DNA of 64,000 nt from Octopus vulgaris (GCA_951406725.2 OX597816.1:52390001-52454000); one strand, 5' to 3'; shown: positions 27,690 to 40,819, counted from the stretch's first letter. Notes: a model not told the origin generated them from the sequence alone. Program-made: numbers and translations.

Positions 27690-28011
27690 TTGTGTGTGTG
27701 TATATATTTGTGTGTCTGTGTTTGTCCCCTCAACATAGCTTGACCACCGATGCTGGTGTGTTTACGTCTCAGTAACTTAGTGGTTCGGCAAAAGAGAACC
27801 GATAGAATAAGTACTAGGCTTACAAAGAATAAGCCCTGGGATTGATTTACTTGACTAAAGGTGGTGCTCCAGCATGGCCACAGTCAAATGACTGAAACAA
27901 GTAAAAGAGTAAAAGGAGTATAGAGGAATGGCTTGTGAGAGATGTACGAGCCTTGTACGGAGATGCTGTTAGTAAGGTGAGAGTTGGCAATGAGATCAGT
28001 AAAAGAGTAAA
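27485..28011 (+). mobile_element. SINE family A with an 86-bp 3' extension copied from the 22036-22121 flank
   Basis: Tail, then RTE-derived flank, then a second aaaagagtaaa tail. Confidence 0.85.
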
Positions 28012-28841
28012 TGGAAACATTATTGGTTCTATGAAGATGATGCTCATTTATAACCATCATATAATGTCTCAATGAGCATTCACACTAAGACATACACAAC
28101 TAAATTTACATATACACAGCTTTCAGTTTCTATCTACCAAATCCACTCATATGGCTTTGACTGCTATACAAGATGACATTTACCCAGGGTACTGCAAAGT
28201 GGGACCAAATGCAAGGCACATGGTTGGAAAGAAAGCTTTTTAACTAAACAGCCACACTCACTGACACATTAATAATTCACATGAAAGCATTGCATTTCTG
28301 TTTGATGGTAAATTCTATTTATGTTTAGAGAAAACCACACACACACACTAGATATACACTGTTTTTTTTTTCTTTTCCTTTCTTTCTTTCTTAGTAAATT
28401 CTAGTGCAAAAGAAAATTACATAGGGTGTTCTAAGTGATATAGCTTACAGATAAACTACCAGTCAACTGAGTGTAAATCATATTCAATTTCCCATTAGAA
28501 GCCAATTCATTTCATGTGTCATCAGTATCCTTGAGAAAGTTCCAGACGTCACACAAGCTTATTTCTTCTTTCTTGAATATCTGAATCCTTATGTTAAAGT
28601 AAAAAGTAAATTTTGTTATGTGATTTTGTAACATCTATTAGTAGGAATTACAACTGTGTTTCGTGGTCGGCTACCACAACAGCTTTTTTATAGGGTCCAG
28701 TTAGCTCAAGACATCATCAGGAGGAACCACGTCTGGTTTTGGCCCCTACTCCTCTACTGTTTTGACGTGCTGGGGCCCCTCCTTTCAGAAGTGTCTTCAG
28801 CTCTGGTGTTGGGTGCAGGTCTTATTTCTTCTTCTTTCTTC

Positions 28842-28983
28842 TGTTCTCTGGCCTCTTCAGTGTAGGGTCAACTAGTGTCAGCTGGCGACTGACTGACTTG
28901 TCAAATTTATCCCTTTAAATATGACAAGTCAGTCAGTCGCCGGCTGACACTTGTTGACGCTACACCGAAGAGACCAGGGAACA
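28842..28983. repeat. GC-richer hairpin (~68-bp arms)
   Basis: tcttcagtgtagggtcaactagtgtcagctggcgactgactgacttgtca mirrored by tgacaagtcagtcagtcgccggctgacacttgttgacgctacaccgaaga. Confidence 0.75.
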
Positions 28984-29249
28984 CAAGCTTATTTCTTCTT
29001 TCTTGAATATCTGAATTATCATGTTAATGTAAAAAATAAAATTTTGTTATAAAATCACATATCTACTAGTAGTTATTAACTGGACAAAATTTACAATTTA
29101 GGATTCATCAGACATAATCTTTACTGACAATAACTTCTCTTTAATAATTTTTATTTTGAGAAAATTCCTATGCAGATTATTTTTCTCTGTTTGAACTAAT
29201 TATATATGTCTAATGTCCAAAGTTTCAACAACTTGAAATGTAAATATGA

Positions 29250-29890
29250 ATTTTATTTGTTACTTATTTCAGTCATTGGACTGTGGCCATGCTGGGGCAC
29301 TGCTTTTAGTAGTTTAGTGGAACAAACTGACCGGAGGGCTTTTCTATTTGTTTCTTTTTAAAGCCTATTACTTATTCTATTGGTCTCTTTTGCTAAACCA
29401 CTAAGTTACAGGGACATAAACACACCAACACAGATTGGCAAGCAGTGGTGAATGACAAATACAAGCACATATAGATATTATGTCTGTCTATATATATATA
29501 TTCTTTTACTTGTTTCAGTCATTTGACTGCGGCCATGCTGGAGCACTGCTTTTAGTCAAACAAATCAACCCCAGGATTATTCTTTGTAAGCCTAGTACTT
29601 ATTCTATAGGTCTCTTTTGCTGAACCGCTAAGTTATGGGAATGTAGATACATCATCACTTGTCAAGCGACAAATACAGACACACACACACACACGCACAT
29701 ATATATATAAATATATATATATATGACAGGCTTCTTTCAGGTTCCATCTACCAAATCACTCACAAGGCTTTGGTCAGCCTGAGGCTACAGCAGAAGACAC
29801 TTGCCCAAGGTGCCACACAGTGGGACTGAACTCAGGACTATGTTGTTGGGATGCAAGCTTCTTATCATACAGTCACTCCTGTGCCTTATA
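29250..29890 (-). mobile_element. SINE family A, full copy plus an adjacent older 3' half
   Basis: Two tails, at ~29260 and ~29500. Confidence 0.8.
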
Positions 29891-30236
29891 TATTGGAAAA
29901 TGTGTAAAATCCTTAGTACAGTTAGGTATATTGGAATAAGGAAAACAATGACATCACTGGTAATTCTAATTAATTTAATTTTCTAATCTGTATATATAAA
30001 AAACAGGATGTGTGTGTGTGTGTACGTGAATGTAATTTATGCACATGCACAAATTAGCATGCATGGTGCTCAAATTTTAGGAGGACATTCGTCACGACCC
30101 TAGGTGTATTTTCGTCAAATTATTTTCCCCTGGGGCACCAGCGAATAGCGGTAAAAATAATTTTGAACCATAACTTCTAACAATTTTCAAGTCGTATGTA
30201 TGTATGTAAGTGTATATATGTATGTAGCTATGTATG

Positions 30237-30269
<33 letters not shown>

Positions 30270-30427
30270 GTATGTATACTTTTTGCTTGTTTATATGTAG
30301 GGAAGTAAATATGTGAGCTAGCATGATCTCTTCACCACCTCCCCTCCCAAACCAAGATATGAATATAAAAAATACATTTCTATCAACAAGCATTCCAAGT
30401 CTACCCTTAGGTTTTTGTTTTTTCGTC

Positions 30428-30464
<37 letters not shown>

Positions 30465-31013
30465 TCCCATTTTTATCAAAAGACATGTATCTTATACCTC
30501 CTTAACATTCACTACCCCCAGACACGCACCTAAACTCATCTTTATTATAGAAAATTACTGAAGTTACTCTTTATAAAATTAATGTAGTTGATTCAGCCAT
30601 AAGAGAATCTGAAAAACACTTGACCATTATATTTTCCACCAAATGGAACCAACAGAAGGAAACTTTCACAAACCCTTCATAAAACACTCCTTAAACATCC
30701 CACCACCTCCTAATTCCACCCTCAATCAATTATCTTCTTTTTACCATTCAATAATTTCTTTCAGCTCTGATTCATCACACACTTATTCACTCACACACTT
30801 ATTACAACACAACCTGAAGATCAGTTTGGGAACTGCCACCTATGAATGTGAGAAAGTTCTCCAGAAAAGTTAACAAGGAATCTTTAAAAAAATCTCCCCT
30901 CCAAAGTTAACAAAGAACTTACCAGATCTACAAATTAAGCTGTAAAATGAGATTATATATTATTAGAAAGAAAATTAATTAGAACTACCAGTGAAGTCAC
31001 TCTTTTCCTTTTT

Positions 31014-31057
<44 letters not shown>

Positions 31058-31058
<1 letters not shown>

Positions 31059-31330
31059 TAGCTGTTGTACCCGGCATTGCTTACTCATCAATTTTCATCA
31101 AAATTGGACAAACAGTGCAAAAGCTGCAGGAAAAATAACATCGTTATGGGAATTTCCATTTAAACGCCCGATTGAACTCATAAAAATCGATGCCAACTGA
31201 GCATTATCGAGTTTTCAAGAAATTCCTGCCTTATTTGAACTTCAGGGCATGTGATCAACCTATATGCCAAAAATCATTGAAATCAGTTGGACGGTTTGGG
31301 AGGAGTTAGAGTAACCCCAAGCACACACAC
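31058..31330 (-). mobile_element. Probable Helitron fragment
   Basis: ctagctgttgtacccggcattgc terminus (CTAG plus subterminal hairpin remnant on the minus strand) beside (TA)n. Confidence 0.4.
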
Positions 31331-31745
31331 ATAATGGACTGTTGAAATCTATGAGTTTTATTTATTTTTTCCCTGCTTACTTTCTCTTATTCCTTTCTGT
31401 TGGAGAGCATAGGCTTGAAACATAAAATACTTTTTCATTTTTCCCGAGAGTCAAACTAATACACTTGCTTGTTGTTCACACACCTGTCATCATCTTTTGT
31501 TTTCCTATAAATTTCAACTATACATTCTTTTATTCTTCTTTTACTTGTTTGTCATTTGACTGCAGCCATATGCATAGATAATAAGCTTTATACATTTGTT
31601 TGTGCATTACAGACTTACAGCCATTTCTGATATCCATTATTGGTGCGTTCATGTTTCAGTTTACTCAATCGATCAACTGAACAATTGAAAATATGGAGAA
31701 TGCCCGTTAAAATGCTATCATCATTAAAGTCCAAGTAATCAACAT

Positions 31746-31818
<73 letters not shown>

Positions 31819-31936
31819 AAGAAAGGGAGAGTATGTATGTGTATGCATCTGTGTGGAAGTGTATACATGCATATATGATGATGAACTTCTGGAGTTTCAA
31901 TGCACATGACTGACTGAGTAAAACTAATGTTTAAAT

Positions 31937-32252
31937 CAATGGTCCATACAAAATTTTGGGGGTCCACACGACTAAACAGTAAATTGAGGATCCACGATAA
32001 TAGTTTAAGGATTACTCAACAAACTTTGCTTTTGATGCATGTATTGGTATTTATTGCAAGAAACAGCTAAGTTTCTTTCTCTAGCATTTTACATAGTTCA
32101 ACCTACACAAGCTAATGTGTAAAATACAGACTAGCAATTTTGAAAGAAGATTCTGTAAAACTAGTTTTTAAATATCAAATGGCTATGGGGGTCCTCTAGA
32201 ATAAAGTAATAATCAATAAGGTCCATAGATAGAAAATGGTTGGGGACCCCTG
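31937..32252. mobile_element. hAT-type MITE
   Basis: CA...TG termini; perfect 8-bp TSD GTTTAAAT. Confidence 0.65.
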
Positions 32253-32479
32253 GTTTAAATTAACAATATGCTGCCTTTGCTGATGAATGAACTCCTGAAT
32301 TTTGCATTACAAAGTTCAGAATTTGAACAACTCAGACACTGTATCATAAAGAGAATCTCTGAAATGCTTTTTTCTTTTGAGAGAATTTAAAAGAACATCT
32401 CCGTGTAAGATTTTTTTACTATCACTGTTGCATTTAACATCACTATATCTCTATTGATACCATGAGTTAACAAGTGAAC

Positions 32480-32660
32480 GTTTATATGGTTGCTAACCTG
32501 ATAGAAAAAGCAGCCAAATTTCTCTCAAATCACACTATATATCATTAAATAATGTGATCCTGGGTTCTCTGCACAAAGGGAAAAAACAACGGTGATGACT
32601 GGAATGCCTTTAGGTATAGGTCTGTTCAGAGATGAAGTGGGGCTGAACAATAACAACCAG
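32480..32660 (+). repeat. Old interspersed repeat tail; many decayed copies (e.g. ~4500, 6020, 9840, 11680, 15920, 35310, 51900)
   Basis: Recurring tagaaatagcagccaaatctccctcaaatcacac...ggctggaatgcctttgatcataggtctg motif. Confidence 0.6.
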
Positions 32661-33015
32661 AGATAACAAATTGAAATTAAGATCCCTGTTTGGAAAAAAT
32701 AAACCAGTCCAAACCATTAGTCACTTGAGTTTTTTCTTTCCCCGTTAATGGATTCCCCTTGAGAAATAATACTAAGAATATACAGTAAGTGTTAAAAAAG
32801 TGGCAAGATTTGATAGAAAATATGAATCAGTGAGATTCATAGGAAAACAATGTAAAATACTTAAGTTTTTAAAGAAATAAAAGTAGTTGATTATGAAGCA
32901 AATTGACTAGTTAAGAAAATCTCTATAAGAGATAAAAGCAATAACTATACTGAGAATTAACATTTATTGCCACTTAAACATAGCTGTTCCACAGGAACCG
33001 ATGTTACCACTATAT

Positions 33016-33315
33016 ATATCGAAGGTAGTGTAGTACAATTTTTTCATGCTACTTCATTTTATTGTAAGTATTACATCAGTTTTAAAATGTCGAGCAATCT
33101 TCAGCCACATATAGAATTTTTTAATTAAATGGACAATGTACATTTTTATACTTATTTCATTATTTCAATGAAATAAGTATAAAAATGTACATTGTCCATT
33201 TAAAAAATTCTATATGTGGCAGAAGATTGCTCGACATTTTAAAACTGATGTAATACTTACAATGTTTAATAAAATGAAGTAGCATGAAACGATTGTACTA
33301 CACTACCTTAGATAT
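33016..33315. mobile_element. Foldback (about 145-bp arms) carrying two degenerate long-stem-II hammerhead motifs; Penelope-like LTR fragment
   Basis: Near-perfect inverted repeat centred at ~33164. Minus arm: tgtgg-CTGAAGA-tTGCT...AGCAt-GAAA-aaattg-TA-ctaca. Plus arm: tgtgg-CAGAAGA...GAAA-CGATTG-TA-ctaca. Confidence 0.65.
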
Positions 33316-34069
33316 GCTTGTTGCTTATTATGATTATAATCACTCCATTTGATTTATATGGATAATACCATACCAAATTCTGGTGCCTTTAACTTAAGTA
33401 CCATATTCATCTGAATATATATATATATATGTATATATCTTTAAAAAAGGAGATGTAGAACACGAGTTGTGATATATAAAAAAGGAAATGAAGAAAATGC
33501 TGACAAAATAATTTAAGTAAGGGAGAGTGTATTTAATTAGGTGAAAGTTCTTTTTACCGGTTGCGCATTTGTTATGCTTATCAAAAGATATTTTTTAAGA
33601 GAGATAGAGTTCCTTTCTAATAGATTTTTTTCTCTTATCTATATATATATATATATATATATATCAGGTACATATTGCATCAAGTAACCAACTGGTGAAA
33701 GTGTTCTCTTGAGGTTAAAAATAGCAGTAACATCAGTTATTATGCAACAGCCATGTTTAAGTGGCAGTAAATGTTGCTTATTTGATTATCATTTTTAAGG
33801 CTGACATTGGTTGTAAATCTCAAGATAAATTTCAAGAATTGGTATATTTGTTAACTTAATCTTAAAATTTATGTATGGTTCAGGGCTAGACATAATTTGT
33901 GGCAGATACAATTAGCTTATAGCAACATTGTAAAATAGACATTAAAATAATAATGTTGATGATGACAGGGATAATAAAAATCAGTTATAATTAGAACAGG
34001 AGAAGGATTTACACCAATATACACTCATAATGCATAAAATAAACTGTATAAATTGTTTATGAGACTAAC

Positions 34070-34208
34070 CAGCAATATCCTCTTCATCTTTTTGGATCTG
34101 AGACTGGTCTAAAAGAATCTTGGTGCTGTCAACAAATGCTCGGTAGTAACCTTCTAAAAGAGCAATGAAATCTGGGACATCATCATTGAGAAGTCCTACA
34201 CAAAGTGC
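34070..34208 (-). CDS. FRMPD4: FRMPD-like exon, end of FERM C-lobe (ALCVGLLNDDVPDFIALLEGYYRAFVDSTKILLDQSQIQKDEEDIA)
   Basis: Acceptor ttttctttccag, donor gttagt, 139 nt, phase 0-1. GYYRxxVDS is the FERM-C terminal helix motif of FRMPD proteins. Confidence 0.9.
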
Positions 34209-34411
34209 CTGGAAAGAAAATGTAAAAATAATATAAGCAACTGCTCATTACGAATTGAAAACAAATTGTTAAAATGATCTTTTACTTTATTTTTACTGAA
34301 CATCTTTAACAAGGTAAAGTCTAAAACCAATTTCAAAAATTATTTTTGAAATTGCTTTTAGACTTTTGTTACTTTTAGTTACTTTTGTTAACATTTTCTT
34401 CAACTGCTTTA

Positions 34412-34642
34412 AGGCGGCGTGCTGGCAGAAACATTAGCGCACCGGGTGAAATGCTTAGTGGTATTTCGTCTGCCATTACGTTCTGAGTTCATATTCCGCC
34501 AAGGTTGACTTTGTCTTTCATCCTTTCGGGGTCGATAAATAAAGTACCAGTTACACACTGGGGTCGATGTAATTGATTTAATCCCTTTGTCTGTCCTTGT
34601 TTGTTCCCTCTTTGTTTAGCCCCTTGTGGGCAATAAAGAAAT
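34412..34642 (+). mobile_element. tRNA-derived SINE family C; other copies at ~35915-36143 (-), 45408-45618 (+), 18470-18630 (-), 58385-58590 (-), 9070-9245 (-)
   Basis: ggcggcg.gctggcagaaac head, gagttca.attcc B box, conserved gtcgactttgcctttcatcctttcggggtcgataaa core. Confidence 0.85.
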
Positions 34643-36671
34643 AATATTCCTCAACCGCTGTTTTAGTTAGTTGATTTTTCAGACTGCATTAATTTGTCTA
34701 ATTCTTGGCAATTTCTCTATTGAGGATAATCTGTCTAGAATCCATATTATATTGTGAGAAAAAAAAAATTCTTGTTGACTCCCAAACTGTATCAAAAACA
34801 TAACACTCCATAATAATGCTGCATTCTCTTTAATCTCTGGTTCACTTTCAAATTGTGGCTAAAGGGAATTATATTTTGTTTGGAACAATTTGCTAATAGA
34901 CAGACTATATTGCAAGATCTACAGTGCAGAAATAATCAATAAGCTATCATGTTTAGGTACGATTAATTTTACAAATGAGATGGCTAAATAACTTTGGTTA
35001 AAGTACTGGTGATTGGAACTGGTGAAGTAGGTTCGATTTTGTTTTTATAATCAAGGTTTTATTTTCAGCCTGTTTCCATTTACTGGTAATAAAACATTGC
35101 AAAATTAGTATAATAAATTAATGGCTGATGGCTTAGACTTTCAATTAGAAGTTGGCTGAAAATCTTGTAATGAATTTAATTCACACTGTCTCTTAATAGA
35201 TGGAATCAATGAAACAGAAACACTAATCAGTTTTACATCAGCAATTTGGCTGGCATTCTAAAAATAATTGCTAATGTTATTATAACTAACAAGCATGGGC
35301 CAGCAGGGGAGCTTCTCTGTGGTTATTCAGTTTGCTAGAATAAGCTAGTTGAGTAACCAAAACTAAGTATCCCTCAAAGAAAACAGTTTGATGGTAACAG
35401 CTGGAATCACTTTGGTCACAGGACAGCTCACTGGACCAACTACAAGACATAAAGCTGCAAAGCAACTGATTGTGACAATAACGACAATGAAAAAAAACAT
35501 CCTCGTTTCTGTGTGTCGTTCCGAAGTTTTAGCACTGTATAGAAAATGTTATAAAAGAAGAATAATTTACGTAAGACATTGGGATTTTAATCAAGGTCGT
35601 TACTCTTCTGTTCTGTAACTCATTAAATCTATTGCAGATATCGCTAATACATGCTGTTTGTACATAGAATATTCATTAAGTATTTAATCATGTTGTTAAC
35701 TAATGCAAGAAATGCAGATTAGTTTAGTCATTTCAAATAGCTTCATGTTTGTTGTTGATTCAAACAAAAATTTCTGTCTAGATCTCTTCATAAGGCAAAA
35801 GGGTGTGGAGAACTTATCAGCTGCAGAGTGGCTAACCTACCATGAAACATCAGGACACACACTCTCTCTCTCTCTTTATCTTCTTTTTTCTGCATGCAAA
35901 GAGAATAGTATATATTTCTTTACTACCCACAAGGGGCTAAACACAGAGGGTACAAACAAGGACAGACAAAGGGATTAAGTCGATTACATCGACCCCAGTG
36001 CGTAACTGGTACTTAATTTATCGACCCCGAAAGGATGAAAGGCAAAGTCGACCTTGGCGGAATTTGAACCCAGAACGTAACGGCAGACGAAATACCGCTA
36101 AGCATTTCGCCCGGTGTGCTAACGTTTCTGCCAGCTCGCCGCCAAAGAGAATAATATATACAATATATGTGCTTACTTTCCGCAGTAAAATATAGGTTAA
36201 ATAAAAATAAATGCACCCTTTTAAAGCCTAGCCAGGCTCATGGGCCCAGTTTCCTGGTTTCTATGGCGTATGTGTTCCCCAGCTGGATGGAACACCAGTC
36301 CATCACAGTGTTACTCATTTCTGCCAGCTGAGTGGACAGGAGCAATGTGAAATGAAGTGTTTGGTGCTGACACCCTAACCACTAAGCCACGAAACTATAG
36401 GTTAATTACATTTATATCTATCTTAGATTTTCTAATATATAGCATTTGCACATAACATGTATGTGCAGGTGTCAAAGAATGACAGACTACTCAAGTTTCA
36501 CCAGTGGATGATCATGGCAGCTGTATTCAACCAAGGATAAAATCCAAGTAAACTGTCATATTTTTTATAAACATATCTGTCCACTCTATCCACTGTAGTG
36601 AGCTCTATATCAGATAATGTTTGATCTATACATAATATATACATTCTACAGACCTTACATTCTGATAAAAG

Positions 36672-36890
36672 CAAAATCAAACACACATACACGAGGTGTG
36701 TGTGTTGTTAGTTCATGGGTCGACTGCACTTTAGGCATAACAGTATACTTTCTCAATGTACCTGCTTCCCTATAATTTACTTTCAGGTGTTTTTAACACC
36801 AGGCACATTGAGAAAGTAGTCTCTTATGCCTAAAATGCACCTGACCCACAAACTAACAACACACACATCTTGTGTATGTGTTTGATTTTG
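36672..36890. repeat. Imperfect inverted repeat (~90-bp arms)
   Basis: caaaatcaaacacacatacacgaggtgtgtgtgttgttagtt mirrored by aactaacaacacacacatcttgtgtatgtgtttgattttg. Confidence 0.7.
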
Positions 36891-37735
36891 TCTATATACC
36901 TCAGGCTGCTACTAATTCTGAGCTGAGATGCTGAGACCCCCTTCGGTCATGACTTACCATGGGATTGCACCTAGAAAGTTACCCTCCCAGGCACAAGTCC
37001 AGGAAAGGTTGTTTATGGAAGACCAGCAATCTCCCATGCATACCAGCCTCCCCTCTCCATGCCACCGATGTTATACATGAATACATATACATACATACAT
37101 ACACATACATATATATATACATGCATAAAAATATATATACATATATATATACATGCATAAAAATATATATACATATATGCATACATACATAGAAACATAC
37201 ATACATACATATATACATACATATAAATACATACATACAAACATATATATACATATATGTATATGTACCACCCACACACCAGCACTGACCAATTCCCATC
37301 CCCACATTTTCACACCTACACGTACACACACGTACATGCCAAGATCACCAGCTCTCTTTCACACGCACATACATACTCTCTTACACACATGCGCACCTTT
37401 GTTTTAGGATCACTACAACGTTATCTCCCCTACTTCTTTGCTTTCCTGTGTGACCCTTCTGTCCAGCATTCACCATGATAGATCAGTAGCCAGTACACAC
37501 ATTTTTTTTCTCTTTGTTTCTTTCTATGTTCCTTTCTGTGGATGAGCGTAGGCTTGAAACGTTAAAGATTTTTTCAATTCCCGAGTGTTATACTAATACA
37601 TCTGTTTGTTTTCTACACCACCTGTCTTCGTCTTATGCATATATGTATATATATATGCATATATGTATATATATATGCATATATGTATGCATATATGTAT
37701 ATATATATGCATATATATATGTATGCATGTATATA

Positions 37736-38180
37736 TCTCTCTTTATATAAACGGCAGTTTGTCTGTGTGTGTTTCTGTGTGTCTGTTTGGTTGTATCTCT
37801 CTTTATATAAACGGCAGTTTGTCTGTGTGTGTTTCTGTGTGTCTGTTTGGTTGTACCCTCACTCTGACCACGGCTTTCAACCGATTCTGATGAAACTTGA
37901 CACACACATAGCCCAATGTCATAATTCAAAACTAACGCAGCGAAAATTTTGAAAAGTTCCCCCAGTTCTGAAAAAGATCGATAAATTCGACATGGGGTCG
38001 ACAATCAGAAACATAAACCACAGATGGTCATGGGGACGCAACTCGACCTTTTTAACTATCAAAAAAAATTTACCATCATTTTTTTCCCCATTTTTTTGCT
38101 ATTTTTTTGCTATAACTCTCTAAAAATGCTTTATAGTTATTTCCCTTACAAACCCGAGCAACGCCGGGCGATACTGCTAG
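37736..38180 (+). mobile_element. Non-autonomous Helitron with a tandemly duplicated 5' ~60 bp
   Basis: 5' TC, 3' cccgagcaacgccggg hairpin + CTAG|T. Nearly identical to 40389-40769. Confidence 0.75.
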
Positions 38181-38949
38181 TGTATATATAAAACTTACTT
38201 GGAAGAGGATGCGTGGCATTCAATCATATAATAATATCAATAACATATATATAAATATATATGCATACGTATATGTACATACATGTATATGTATATATAT
38301 ATATATATATGCATATATATATGCATATGTGGGCACACATATCCTCTTCCAAGTAAGTTTTATCTCACAATCCTTTTACTCTTTCGTTTTTCTCTCTTTC
38401 TCTCTCTTATTCTTTTACCTCCTCTTCTCCCACTGTTCTACCCTACTACTCTGTCACTCTCTCTCCCTCACTCCTCCCCCTTTGCTCACGTGGCTTCCAC
38501 GTGACCATCGGCCATGTTTCTTTCTTTCTCTCCATTGTAGCTGGGACAAGAAAGACGTGTTCTTTTTCGTCTCCAGTCCTAGCTTGATTTATGCATTCAC
38601 CACCACAACATCGTTTGGGCTTAGCAGCCCTTTTCACTGTCCCGTTTGTATTACCTATTTTGACCCTACACAAAATCCCAAATTTACTTTGCAGGTGCAA
38701 CTGTTTTATCGAAAGCGCATGTTGTTGTTAAATGCTCGAAATATGAGACTAGAGCAACAACCAACAACTGATGAAGTGTCATTCTTTATATTTGTTTTGT
38801 TTTCCATTTGTGTCTTTCATTGTTTGAAAGAATAGTTCGTGTTCCATGTACTCGTGCTTCGTACCTTTTTGCTGTACACTTTCATGACGTCCTGTGCACT
38901 CGTATGCATATATATATATATATACGTTATTTATATTATATATATATGT

Positions 38950-38993
<44 letters not shown>

Positions 38994-40140
38994 TTGTTAT
39001 TTATATTATATATATAAATCATATTATTATTATTATATATATTATTTATATTATTATATATATGCGTGTGTATATATATATGTGTGTGTGTGAGTGTGTG
39101 TGTGTGTGTATGAACTAGATAGACAGATGAGTGCAGTTTCTCGTTTGCTACTACAGTGACAGTTTGAATTTGAAACTTAAACGAAGCCATTATTATGATA
39201 GGGTGGATGATTTCATAGATAGAAACATTTACATTTAATTGATTTCCAGGATATTTCTTAATTTCACTAATAAATCACCAGTCTGTTCAAAAGAATCTTG
39301 TCCTGACCTCTTTCACTTTTGTCCTCAGCATTAGACAGTCAAGTACCTAGTTTCTTTTTGATGCACGACATTAGTGTGTCTATTTTTGAATGTTTCAATC
39401 TATTTGTAGACAGTCTGAAACAGTAAAATGCTATTTCTATAGTGTACTGAAAAACTTCACAGAATTTCATGCTCTGATCTAACTTCAGCTTACACTGCTC
39501 TTCTTCAGAACAAAAGTAAAGTAAGAAAACGTGATGTAGAAATGTTTAATGTAATTACAATGACAACTTTATTGATATTTCAAGTTCAAGCCTGTAATGT
39601 AGGGTCTAGAAGAACATGTCTAGTGGTGTGTGCACAACTAATTTTCCAACCAGTAGGAAAAAAAAATTATAAGTTTATTGTGAATAATTAATGATTCAAG
39701 AGTGTGAGAATGTGTGTACACATATATATAATACATATGTATAGATATTAAAATAGTGAGTTTTAATTATATATTCATGTAAACAAACATAAGCACAATG
39801 TATATACCACAAGGTAAATACACACATTTGTATATTCTTTATACATTCATAATATTCACATATACTTGCATGCACATATGACATGTACATACACATTCTT
39901 TATTAATATTTTATATATTTATGTGGAATTCTAAAATTTAACTCAATCACCAGTGGCAAAAATATAACACACGTGCGTCTTCCTCTACAATGATTGTTAT
40001 GGTGCTTAGTGAAAGACAGAGAGATTTCTACATTTATGAATATATATTTTATTGTATTTTAGAGGTGGAACCCGTTGTATGTCATTCAACCTCAACACAC
40101 AGTAGTGTGTGTGTATATATAATATTCAAAGGTGAATAGG

Positions 40141-40226
40141 CATTGAAAGCTAGCAAGCCAAGCTACTCCAGACTGATGAAGAGCAATGACTCTGAAACTA
40201 GTCTCTGAATGCTGGCTTTGCTGAAT
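40141..40226 (+). ncRNA. Type I hammerhead ribozyme motif
   Basis: caga-CTGATGA-AGAG caatga CTCT-GAAA-CTAG-TC-tctg, with predicted GUC cleavage after 40203. Stem I is extended by a 10-bp helix aaagctagca/tgctggcttt. Confidence 0.8.
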
Positions 40227-40388
40227 GGAGGTGCTTATCTCCTTTGTTTGAAAACAGAAGGACGCAGTACACTTCTGTCACATAGCCAACTGGAAACGGT
40301 GTTTACTGGGGCTAATTAGCAGTATCATTCTTCCCTTTCCTGGGACAGCCATATTAAGTTGACGACAAACCATGACTATATATATATA

Positions 40389-40768
40389 TCTCTCTCTATA
40401 TAAACGGCAGTTTGTCTGTGCGTGTTTCTGTGTGTCTGTTTGCTTGTACCCTCACCCTGACCACGGCTTTCAACCGATTCTGATGAAACTTGACACACAC
40501 ATAGCCCAATGTCATAATTCAAAACTAACGCAGCGAAAATTTTGAAAAGTTCCCCCAGTTCTGAAAAAAATCGATCAATTCGACATGGGGTCGGGAATCA
40601 GAAACACGAACCACAGACTGTCTAGGGGACGCAACTCCACCTTTTTTAAATCTCAAAAAAATTTACCATAATTTTTTTTCCATTTTTTGCTATTTTTTGG
40701 CTATAACTCTCTAAAAATGCTTTATAGTTATTTCCTTACAAACCTGAGCAACGCGGGCGATACTGCTA

Positions 40769-40769
<1 letters not shown>
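40389..40769 (+). mobile_element. Non-autonomous Helitron
   Basis: 5' TC, 3' hairpin + CTAG|T, inserted in (TA)n. Confidence 0.75.

Positions 40770-40817
<48 letters not shown>

Positions 40818-40819
<2 letters not shown>

Noticed and set aside
28449-28580. Phase-0 reading with one in-frame UGA (IFKKEEISLCDVWNFLKDTDDT*NELASNG...), tempting as UGA>UGG editing or selenocysteine
   Set aside because: The surrounding intron is phase 1, so this frame cannot join the flanking exons; the acceptor is also weak.
38700-38910. CTGATGA and GAAA motifs in a PLE-like fragment
   Set aside because: Too degenerate to fold into a hammerhead with confidence.
36979-39190. Many long ORFs rich in Y/I/C/V/H/T, including the 208-aa ORF at 38209
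   Set aside because: Translations of (TA)n/(CA)n microsatellites and repeat fragments.
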